Assembly (NCBI GenBank): GCA_964441745.1
Contig: CAYTYR010000008.1
Span: 18,701 to 82,700, forward strand
Length of the DNA: 64,000 bases
Origin: an uncultured Clostridia bacterium
GTDB lineage: Bacteria; CAYTYR01; UBA6262
Reading direction: 5' to 3'
Part shown: one piece after another, positions 28,445 through 35,348 of the stretch
Position numbering within the stretch: position 1 is the first letter of the stretch
How the letters are laid out: the number at the start of each line of letters is the position of its first letter
The notes under the pieces: generated by a model
Seen by the model: the letters and a program-made list of their open reading frames with translations, nothing else
Databases searched by the model: none
Told to the model about the DNA's origin: nothing
Translations under genes and position numbers: made by a program

Positions 28445-29404
28445 ATGTTTGCCAGAAGAGTATTAATTTTTGTATTTTTAGCTTCATGCGGTCTTTTTAG
28501 AACTGCTTATGGTTTGGATTATGCCAAATACAAGAAGGAATGCCTGAAAGCTGGCTGGAAAAAGGTCAATGTTACTGTTGCGGGCAAGGAGAGACAAGTA
28601 TTGTGGAAAGGCCCGACCGGCCCCTGGAAGAGCGGGGCGATCATTGCCCTGCATGGCGGTGGCGGCAGCTATACTAATTGGGGCTATGGCCTGCGTGTAT
28701 GTCGACCGATGATAGAATTCAGTGAGTTGGCCATAACCAAGGGATTTGCCATTATCTCCCTGGACTCAGGAAGAGACCTGTTTAAAGATAAGGCGGGTAA
28801 TCCTGGTGGTAAAAGATTCGATTGTATCCCTGAGCTGGGTAGAAAAAATGTGGATCTGCCTTTTATTAAGACGGTTATCGAAAAAATCATCCCTGAGCTG
28901 CGGCCACCTGGCAGCGACCAGCATATATTTATGACCGGTATATCCAACGGCGGTTTCATGACCATTCTCGCAGCTACTTCTTTTGACGACAAGATCACTG
29001 CGTTTGCTCCGGTCTCTGCCGGCGATCCATATGGCACACATTTATTAGCGGATCCTGGATTAACCATACGTAGTAATGCCCCAGGATTGTTCTATGACAA
29101 TGAAACAGGTAAACAAATCTCTGAAGATAATGCAGCCAAGTCAGATACCTATCCCCATGAGACTGAATGGTATACAGCCAATCCAAAGAAGAAGCCAGTC
29201 TTTAAACAATTCCATCATCAAGGAGACAGCGCAGTAGACATCTCTTGCATGAAAAAAGCCGGAAACCTGTTAGTGCAGCATGGCTATATTGATGGTGGCG
29301 CCTATATTGTTAAGAACACGGGATGGAAGAGATTATGGAAGCATTTTTGGTTACGAGAGTATAATCAGCCATTGTTAGAGTTCTTTCTGCGGCAACGGCA
29401 CTAA
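28445..29404 (+). CDS. Secreted alpha/beta-hydrolase (esterase / PHB-depolymerase-like)
   Basis: A signal peptide is present. The oxyanion-region motif is 'ALHGGGGSY' and the nucleophile elbow is 'GISNGG' (GxSxG). Confidence 0.65.
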   Translation: MFARRVLIFVFLASCGLFRTAYGLDYAKYKKECLKAGWKKVNVTVAGKERQVLWKGPTGPWKSGAIIALHGGGGSYTNWGYGLRVCRPMIEFSELAITKGFAIISLDSGRDLFKDKAGNPGGKRFDCIPELGRKNVDLPFIKTVIEKIIPELRPPGSDQHIFMTGISNGGFMTILAATSFDDKITAFAPVSAGDPYGTHLLADPGLTIRSNAPGLFYDNETGKQISEDNAAKSDTYPHETEWYTANPKKKPVFKQFHHQGDSAVDISCMKKAGNLLVQHGYIDGGAYIVKNTGWKRLWKHFWLREYNQPLLEFFLRQRH

Positions 29405-29410
29405 GAATAA

Positions 29411-29472
29411 CCGTCTTTCCACCGCGCGACCCTGGGGAGTCCGCCAAGGCATTAGTGGAGGATAGGTGGAAA
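29411..29472 (+). repeat. REP-like palindromic element, long form (TTCCACC ... GGTGGAA arms with inner palindrome GGAGTCCGCCAAGG...TAGTGGAGG)
   Basis: The leader 'AACCGTCTTTCCACC' right after the stop codon is shared with the copies at 30152 and 30948. Confidence 0.6.
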
Positions 29473-29497
29473 ATAGGTTAATATATGAGGAGGGGCA

Positions 29498-30151
29498 TTG
29501 AGGAAGGATAAATTAGTAGCAGGGCAAGTGTACCATGTTTTTACCAGGAGTATTGCTGGGTATAAGATCTTTAATGACAATAGCGAATATGAGAGAATGC
29601 AAGAATTGATTCAGTATTATCAATCAAGTAAACCGGTAGTGAAGTTTTCCAGGTTTTTGATGTTGCCTAAAGACTTAAAAAATAGTCTTGGGAATGACCA
29701 GGAGATCAAAAACGATAAGCTAGTAGAGATTATTTCATATTGTCTCATGCCGACACACATACACTTTGTCCTTAAGCAAATAAAGGAAAACGGTATATCT
29801 ATCTATATGAATAAAATGTTGAATAGTTATACTAGGTATTTCAACATAAAACATGGCCGGAAGGGACCTCTCTGGGAAGCAAGGTTTAAAAGCGTATTGG
29901 CAGAAACAGACCAACAGCTTCTTCATTTGACCAGATATGTGCATCTGAATCCAGCAACAGCCAAGATAGTAAAAAACCCAGTGGAATGGTCATTTTCTTC
30001 GTATAAAGAGTATTTAGATCTTAGTACAGCAAATATATGCACATACAAAGATGTGCTTATTATTAATCCAAACGAATATAAAGAATTTGTAGAAGATAGG
30101 GTAGGATATCAAAGAGAACTTGCCGAAATCAAAGCTCTTCTGTTAGAATAG
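29498..30151 (+). CDS. REP-associated tyrosine transposase (RAYT / TnpA-REP, IS200-like Y1 HUH family)
   Basis: The HUH motif is 'CLMPTHIHFVL'. The C-terminal 'PLWEARF...YVHLNPATAKIVKNPVEWSFSSY' is collinear with E. coli RayT (YafM) 'QPRFWEH...YINPVKHGWVKQVSDWPFSTF'. The start is TTG, 4 nt after a GAGGAGG RBS. The gene is flanked on both sides by palindromic REP-like elements. Confidence 0.65.
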   Translation: MRKDKLVAGQVYHVFTRSIAGYKIFNDNSEYERMQELIQYYQSSKPVVKFSRFLMLPKDLKNSLGNDQEIKNDKLVEIISYCLMPTHIHFVLKQIKENGISIYMNKMLNSYTRYFNIKHGRKGPLWEARFKSVLAETDQQLLHLTRYVHLNPATAKIVKNPVEWSFSSYKEYLDLSTANICTYKDVLIINPNEYKEFVEDRVGYQRELAEIKALLLE

Positions 30152-30178
30152 AACCGTCTTTCCACCTACGCGGTGGAA
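30152..30178 (+). repeat. REP-like element, short form: AACCGTCTTTCCACC leader plus the 19-bp palindrome TTCCACCTACGCGGTGGAA
   Basis: It follows the RAYT stop codon directly. The arms are 7 bp perfect, the loop is 5 nt, and a CTAC tetranucleotide is present. Confidence 0.7.
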
Positions 30179-30198
30179 TGATGGTTTGAAAATTCAGC

Positions 30199-30217
30199 AT
30201 GTGCAATTTTTGCACAT
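30199..30217 (+). repeat. Perfect 19-bp palindrome ATGTGCAATTTTTGCACAT (copy 1 of 2)
   Basis: It is identical to the copy at 32157–32175. Confidence 0.7.
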
Positions 30218-30267
30218 ACTGCCAGTGATGGCACATCTCATATTTCACATCAAATGGAGGATTAGCA

Positions 30268-30765
30268 ATGTTTTATGAGGATATATTCAAAGAATTTAAC
30301 AAACGTAAGATAAAATATCTAGTTGTGGGAGGGCTCGCTGTTAATTTGCACGGTATTCCGCGTATGACTCAGGATATGGATATCATTGTTAACATGGGGG
30401 AAGATAATCTAAAGAAGATATTAGAAGGATTAGAAGCACTTAGATATAAGCCGAGATTACCTGTAAAGCCCGCAAGTTTATTAGATCCGAAGGTAAGAGC
30501 TGAATGGATGCAGAGTAAAAATCTAAAAGCCTTTACCTTTGTACATACAGAAAATCCGGCGCAGGAAGTTGATATACTATTAGTATCCCCACTGAATTTT
30601 GACGATGCCTACGCGCGGAAGACAGTAAAACACGCGGGAGATATTGTTATTAATTTAGTCAATATTTCTGATTTAATTGAGATGAAAGAAGGGATCGGAA
30701 GAACAACTGACGCTTATGATGTTAAAATGCTCAAAACATTACGCAGAATGGAGAATAATAAATGA
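30268..30765 (+). CDS. Nucleotidyltransferase-fold protein (AbiEii-like, second copy)
   Basis: 'YLVVGGLAVNLHGIPRMTQDMDIIV' carries the NTase motif. The RBS is AATGGAGGA. Confidence 0.45.
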   Translation: MFYEDIFKEFNKRKIKYLVVGGLAVNLHGIPRMTQDMDIIVNMGEDNLKKILEGLEALRYKPRLPVKPASLLDPKVRAEWMQSKNLKAFTFVHTENPAQEVDILLVSPLNFDDAYARKTVKHAGDIVINLVNISDLIEMKEGIGRTTDAYDVKMLKTLRRMENNK

Positions 30766-30944
30766 GAAATAAGCAAAGCCGGGGAGTTATAAACGAATAT
30801 CCAATAGAAGTTATTAAAAAATACAAAGCCACTTCTACTCGCTGGAAACTGGAATGGCTGGAAGAAGTGAATCGCCTGACCAATTTAACACTGACAAAAA
30901 AGCAAAAGAAGTTCAGAGAGAAGATAAGGGAAGGGCTAATATAA
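30762..30944 (+). CDS. Small basic protein (60 aa) overlapping the upstream NTase gene by 4 bp; putative partner or antitoxin
   Basis: An ATGA overlap links it to the upstream gene. It is Lys/Arg-rich and has no recognisable motif. Confidence 0.3.
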   Translation: MRNKQSRGVINEYPIEVIKKYKATSTRWKLEWLEEVNRLTNLTLTKKQKKFREKIREGLI

Positions 30945-30947
30945 TCT

Positions 30948-30975
30948 AAACCGTCTTTCCACCTACGCGGTGGAA
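30948..30975 (+). repeat. REP-like element, short form (AAACCGTCTTTCCACCTACGCGGTGGAA)
   Basis: Identical to the 30152 copy. It starts 3 bp after the stop codon. Confidence 0.7.
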
Positions 30976-31120
30976 AAAAGGTTTATAGTAAGGGTTTGGG
31001 AAAGAGGGGCAAGTTTCAAGGACTGAACTGTGCGGTATTAGGAAGCAACAAGAACTTGACAATCAGTCATAATCGTTGTATATATTACAACGTATGATGT
31101 AATAAATACAATATGAGGAT

Positions 31121-31714
31121 ATGAACTTGTCTATACTTATCAACACCAAACTAAGAAAGAGCGTTTTAACCTATTTCTTCACTCATCCTGATGAAAATTA
31201 CTATGTCCGGGAAATTGCATCAATTATCAATGAGGATCCGGGAAATTTATCCAGGGAACTGAATAAACTAGAAAAAGAAGGCCTTTTCAAGTCATTTACC
31301 CGCGGCAATTCAAAATATTATTCCCTCAGCAAAGAATACCCCTTGTACAAAGAAATTAAAGAAATAATCTTTAAAACCGAAGGCATAGAGGGTTCCTTAA
31401 GAAATATCATAACAAAATACAAAGATGTATCCCTGGCTTTCATCTACGGCTCATATGCTAAGGGAGGCGAAAATAAAGCCTCGGATATAGATTTATTAGT
31501 AGTAGGACAGTTTCCCATAAATGAATTCACCCGCAAGATCCGCAACTTGGAATCAAAAATAGGCCGCGAAATTAATTTCACCCATTATGATAAAGAAGAG
31601 TTTAAAAAAGAAGAAGCCAAAACAGGCAGTTTTCTTAACTTGATCACTAAAGGGAAAATAATAATCTTGAAAGGGGAGGTAAATGCCACTCAAACTCATA
31701 GAAAGGCTGCTTAA
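31121..31714 (+). CDS. wHTH-fused minimal nucleotidyltransferase (MNT, MntA-like antitoxin of a HEPN/MNT pair)
   Basis: The N-terminal wHTH is 'YVREIASIINEDPGNLSRELNKLEKEGL'. The MNT motif is 'FIYGSYAKGGENKASDIDLLVVG'. Confidence 0.65.
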   Translation: MNLSILINTKLRKSVLTYFFTHPDENYYVREIASIINEDPGNLSRELNKLEKEGLFKSFTRGNSKYYSLSKEYPLYKEIKEIIFKTEGIEGSLRNIITKYKDVSLAFIYGSYAKGGENKASDIDLLVVGQFPINEFTRKIRNLESKIGREINFTHYDKEEFKKEEAKTGSFLNLITKGKIIILKGEVNATQTHRKAA

Positions 31715-32150
31715 GGAAGGAAAATTAAGAAAACAAAAAGCTGGCATAGTTCAAGTAGAAGCATTGCTGAAACAATCAATATTGGATTTACAGGAAGCGC
31801 AAAAAACCTTACCGATTGCCGAACGGGCAACTTACGTTATGGCATATATGGCCATGCTCAAGGCAGGCAGAGCCTTATTATTGAGCAAGGGGTATATTCC
31901 CGATGATGGCGCGCAACACAGAACTGTAGTAGAAATAACCAGTTCTATACTGGGGAAGAATTACAGGGAAATAACAGATCAATTTGAGACCATGCGCCGC
32001 AAAAGAAATGAAATGACCTATGAAGCCGGGATACTAGTGAGCAAAAAGGAAAGCCATAAGGCATTTAAAGACGGCATTCAGCTATTAAAGCAAATCTTGA
32101 TAGAAGTGAAGAAGGGAAACCCTCAACTAGAACTAGATTTTAAATTATAG
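31683..32150 (+). CDS. HEPN-domain protein (HepT-like toxin partner of the MNT)
   Basis: It overlaps the 3' end of the MNT gene. It is all-alpha and carries 'RRKRNEMTYE' in the position of the HEPN R-x4-6-H-like motif. A GGGGAGG RBS is present. Confidence 0.5.
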   Translation: MPLKLIERLLKEGKLRKQKAGIVQVEALLKQSILDLQEAQKTLPIAERATYVMAYMAMLKAGRALLLSKGYIPDDGAQHRTVVEITSSILGKNYREITDQFETMRRKRNEMTYEAGILVSKKESHKAFKDGIQLLKQILIEVKKGNPQLELDFKL

Positions 32151-32156
32151 ATAAGT

Positions 32157-32175
32157 ATGTGCAATTTTTGCACAT
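32157..32175 (+). repeat. Perfect 19-bp palindrome ATGTGCAATTTTTGCACAT (copy 2 of 2)
   Basis: Identical to the copy at 30199. Confidence 0.7.
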
Positions 32176-32221
32176 GGTGAACAAACTAATCGAATATTTC
32201 GAATAGTTCAATTGAACAATG

Positions 32222-32240
32222 TTCCACCTACGCGGTGGAA
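32222..32240 (+). repeat. REP-like element, short form (TTCCACCTACGCGGTGGAA), here without the AACCGTCT leader
   Basis: The palindrome itself is identical to the copies at 30160 and 30957. Confidence 0.7.
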
Positions 32241-32304
32241 AAGAGGTTTACAGGGGGAAGGGTTTGTTGATAGTTGACCCAGATTATCCCCAGAGAGGTT
32301 GACG

Positions 32305-32904
32305 ATGAAAGTCATCGCTTTTAACGGCAGTGCGCGGAAAGATGGCAATACCGCATTAATGATAAAGCAAGTATTCACCGAGCTGGAGAAGGAAGGCATT
32401 GAGACCGAACTGGTCCAGTTGGCTGGGAAGAAGATGCCGGGGTGCATTGCCTGCTATAAATGCTTTGAAAATAAGAACAAGCGCTGTGCGGTAACCGGCG
32501 ATTACATGAATGAGTGTATTGAGAAGATGGACAAAGCTGACGGTGTTATCCTGGCCTCACCGACCTATTTTGCTGATTGCACAGCCAGTATGAAGGCCTT
32601 GATAGAGCGGGCGGTGTTTGTGGCTAAGGCTAATGATGAAATGTTTAAGCGCAAGATCGGGGCTTCTTTGGTCGCAGTCAGGCGGGCAGGGGCGATTCAT
32701 GCTTTTGATAGCATGAATCATTTCTTCACGATCAGCCAGATGGTTATTGTCGGGTCATCTTACTGGAATATAGGAATAGGGCGGGAAGTTGGCGAAGTCT
32801 CCGGGGACCAGGAAGGAATGAAGTGTATGAGCACTTTAGGAAAGAATATGGCCTGGCTGCTAAAGAAGATAGCGGATGGCGGAGAGAACAAAGGACGTTC
32901 GTAG
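32305..32904 (+). CDS. Iron-sulfur flavoprotein (Isf-like NADPH-dependent FMN reductase fold)
   Basis: 'MKVIAFNGSARKDGNT' is the flavodoxin-like start. 'CIACYKCFENKNKRC' is the compact C-x2-C-x2-C-x7-C cluster motif of Isf proteins. Confidence 0.65.
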   Translation: MKVIAFNGSARKDGNTALMIKQVFTELEKEGIETELVQLAGKKMPGCIACYKCFENKNKRCAVTGDYMNECIEKMDKADGVILASPTYFADCTASMKALIERAVFVAKANDEMFKRKIGASLVAVRRAGAIHAFDSMNHFFTISQMVIVGSSYWNIGIGREVGEVSGDQEGMKCMSTLGKNMAWLLKKIADGGENKGRS

Positions 32905-32945
32905 TTAGCCGCTGGCCGTAAGAGCAAAAGCAGAGCAATATATTC

Positions 32946-32974
32946 TTGACAATATTCCGTTATTAATGTATACT
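32946..32974 (+). promoter_or_regulatory. Near-consensus sigma70 promoter (TTGACA, 17-bp spacer, TATACT) driving the mazEF-like pair
   Basis: Read directly. An AAAGGAGG RBS lies downstream. Confidence 0.6.
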
Positions 32975-33006
32975 CATTGTAGATACATTAAAGGAGGTAG
33001 ATAAAG

Positions 33007-33249
33007 TTGAATACTACTGTACAGAAATGGGGTAATAGTTTAGCCTTGCGCATACCCAATGCCATGGCAAAAGATGTCCATTTACGTCAGGGATCGGTAG
33101 TGGATGTTGCCGTTGTTGATGATAAGATAGTGGTTAAATCCAAGGGGAAGCACAAATATTCTTTATCTCAATTACTTAAAGCGGTTAAAAAGAATAATCG
33201 CCATTCCGAACATAATTGGGGCAAAGCAGCAGGGCAGGAAATATGGTGA
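33007..33249 (+). CDS. mazE: MazE/PemI-family antitoxin (SpoVT/AbrB fold)
   Basis: 'VQKWGNSLALRIPNAMAKDVHLRQGSVVDV' is the swapped-hairpin motif. The start is TTG, after the RBS AAAGGAGG. Confidence 0.7.
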   Translation: MNTTVQKWGNSLALRIPNAMAKDVHLRQGSVVDVAVVDDKIVVKSKGKHKYSLSQLLKAVKKNNRHSEHNWGKAAGQEIW

Positions 33250-33590
33250 CAAAATGTTCCTATTGTCCCAAACGAGGGGACATAGTCTGGTTAGATTTTG
33301 CTCCACAGTCAGGGCATGAGCAGGCCGGTCATAGGCCTGCTCTCACTCTTTCACCGGGGTCATATAACAAAAAAGTAGGATTGGCGCTATTTTGCCCAAT
33401 TTCCACAAAGATCAAGGGTTATCCGTTTGAAGTATCTATTCCCAGCGGGTTAAAAGCTGCTGGAGTTATTTTGGCTGATCAGGTAAAGATTCTTGACTGG
33501 CAGGCTAGAAATGCGAAGTTTTGCTGCCAAATACCAGAGTCCACTTTATCTGAAGTACTGAACAAGCTTAATGTCTTATTGTCAGACTGA
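33243..33590 (+). CDS. mazF: MazF/PemK-family endoribonuclease toxin
   Basis: The motifs are 'PKRGDIVWLDFAPQSGHEQAGHRPALTLSP' and 'PISTKIKGYPFEV'. The start overlaps the mazE stop as ATGGTGA. Confidence 0.75.
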   Translation: MVTKCSYCPKRGDIVWLDFAPQSGHEQAGHRPALTLSPGSYNKKVGLALFCPISTKIKGYPFEVSIPSGLKAAGVILADQVKILDWQARNAKFCCQIPESTLSEVLNKLNVLLSD

Positions 33591-33647
33591 TTATTATATT
33601 AGCGCGGCGATAGAAATACAAATAAACGTTCAAAGTTGATACTTAAA

Positions 33648-33680
33648 CACTGGTTCTGAGTCGGAACCAGTGATTTTTTA
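33648..33680 (+). terminator. Rho-independent terminator
   Basis: The hairpin is cactggttc-tgagtcg-gaaccagtg, followed by ATTTTTT. Confidence 0.75.
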
Positions 33681-33796
33681 TGCCTGAAAATACCAAAATT
33701 TACCAAATATATACTATTATTTACTTGACAAAGTGATTAAACACTGGCATTGTCAGTATTGAAGATTTAGGCAGAAGGACAGAAGGAGACTGGAGA

Positions 33797-35335
33797 ATGA
33801 GCAAAGAGATAATGGACCTGAAGGAAGTAGCAAGATACCTGTCTTTCAGCCATAAGAAGATTTATAACCTGATCAAGGCCAGGAAGATACCTTATGCCCG
33901 GATCGGCGGTCAATACCGGTTTGTGAAAGCAAATATCGATGCCTTCCTGCTCTACAATACTAATGGCTATAAAAAATACGAGTCAGGATTTTTGAAAAAC
34001 CTGCCGATCGCTCTTGAGGATAGACTGGTTTTGACTGAAAAGGCCCCTGGCCGGAGAAAATACGATCAGTCATACTTGGATAACCTGCTGGCGCAAATGC
34101 TTTTAAAAACCGGCAAACTGTCAAAACCCGGAGCGCGGAGAATAACCGCCAAGAATGGCCGGCAGCGCGGTTCAGTAGTGATCTATCTTATCCTCATCTT
34201 AGCTTTCTTACTAGCGTTAACGCCGACCATTACCAAGATGGTAAGCGTATCGGCTAAAGATACAAAACACCAATTAATGACTACCGCTATGGCTGACAAC
34301 ATCGCCAAGGCTGGTTTGACTGATGCGGTTTCCTGGTTCCGTAAACATATGATCGTAAAAGGGACCGGCTATTATCCTAATCCGGATGACGCTTTTTATC
34401 CACGGCAGTCAGCTGGAGAGACTGAAGACGAAGCTACCGGCCTGGTGAGAAACTATATGCTTAATGATCAAGAGCAGATCTGGGCGCGGTATGAGATCAA
34501 GCGCCAGCCGGCGCCGCCAGAGCCTTATGACACCCATGCCGTGCATGATATCACTGACCAGCGGACCAATTTCCCGGCTGGTGACGGGCTGGTCTGGTAC
34601 CTGGAAAGCCAGGGCTTTATCTACAAAAAGGTAGACCCGACTAAAAATTATAATGTTGAACCAAATCGTGTTTTGTCGAAAAGCAGGATGAGCGGGGAGA
34701 TCCGCCAGTTATCCATGACCTTGCCGGTAAACGCGGCGGTTTCGTGCCAGATAGGCAGCCAGGTCCGTGTTAATAACAACGGGGTGATAGACGGCGGGAC
34801 AGATGGCTACGGTGTAGCCAGGGTCTCCGGCGGTACCGCGATCAAGACCGGCAATGGCAAAATAATCGGCACTCCGTCAGCGGAATTCTCCGGCATTGCC
34901 ACGCCCTCACTCAATTATGTCTTTGGCGTGGCAGAATCAGAGCTGAAGGGGCTGGCTGACTACCTGGTAACCAATGTCGCAAATTTGCCTGCGTCATATC
35001 CGACGATAGCTTTTGTCTTTGTGGAAGGTGATATAGAATTTAACAGTGCCCATAAGTTGGTAGGCGGCGGTATTTTATATGTCAATGGCAATCTCACCCT
35101 GGACAGCACAGCCAATTCCCTGTTCAGCGGATTGATCTATGTGACCGGGACCACGACGATCGAAGGACCGGCTCTGGTCCAGGGGGCGCTAGTTTCTTTA
35201 GGCGGAATGACCATCTCCGGCTCGGGCGATGTGGCGGAAATCGATTTCGACAGCAGTATCCTGACCACAGTGCGCCAGCAGTTAGCCTATTACCGCGAGG
35301 ACAAGACATCACTAAACCTGCTGCCTCTGTTTTAG
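33797..35335 (+). CDS. Fusion protein: N-terminal excisionase/MerR-type HTH, one TM segment, and a PilX-like (type IV minor-pilin / pilus-assembly) C-terminal domain
   Basis: 'LKEVARYLSFSHKKIYNLIKARKIPYARIGGQYRF' is an HTH_17-type motif. The TM segment 'RGSVVIYLILILAFLLAL' resembles a PilX N-terminus. The C-terminal 'GILYVNGNLTLD...GLIYVTGTTTIEG...GALVS' is paralogous to the C-terminus of ORF 57899–58819. Confidence 0.5.
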   Translation: MSKEIMDLKEVARYLSFSHKKIYNLIKARKIPYARIGGQYRFVKANIDAFLLYNTNGYKKYESGFLKNLPIALEDRLVLTEKAPGRRKYDQSYLDNLLAQMLLKTGKLSKPGARRITAKNGRQRGSVVIYLILILAFLLALTPTITKMVSVSAKDTKHQLMTTAMADNIAKAGLTDAVSWFRKHMIVKGTGYYPNPDDAFYPRQSAGETEDEATGLVRNYMLNDQEQIWARYEIKRQPAPPEPYDTHAVHDITDQRTNFPAGDGLVWYLESQGFIYKKVDPTKNYNVEPNRVLSKSRMSGEIRQLSMTLPVNAAVSCQIGSQVRVNNNGVIDGGTDGYGVARVSGGTAIKTGNGKIIGTPSAEFSGIATPSLNYVFGVAESELKGLADYLVTNVANLPASYPTIAFVFVEGDIEFNSAHKLVGGGILYVNGNLTLDSTANSLFSGLIYVTGTTTIEGPALVQGALVSLGGMTISGSGDVAEIDFDSSILTTVRQQLAYYREDKTSLNLLPLF

Positions 35336-35348
35336 AAAGGGTAATTAA

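Noticed and set aside
27400-33700. Integron gene-cassette array with attC sites
   Set aside because: The small promoterless-looking cassettes separated by imperfect palindromes first suggested an integron. The conserved arms are TTCCACC/GGTGGAA, not the RYYYAAC/GTTRRRY core sites. Short copies have only a 5-nt loop. No intI or attI is present. A clear RAYT homolog sits in the array. I therefore read the repeats as REP-like.
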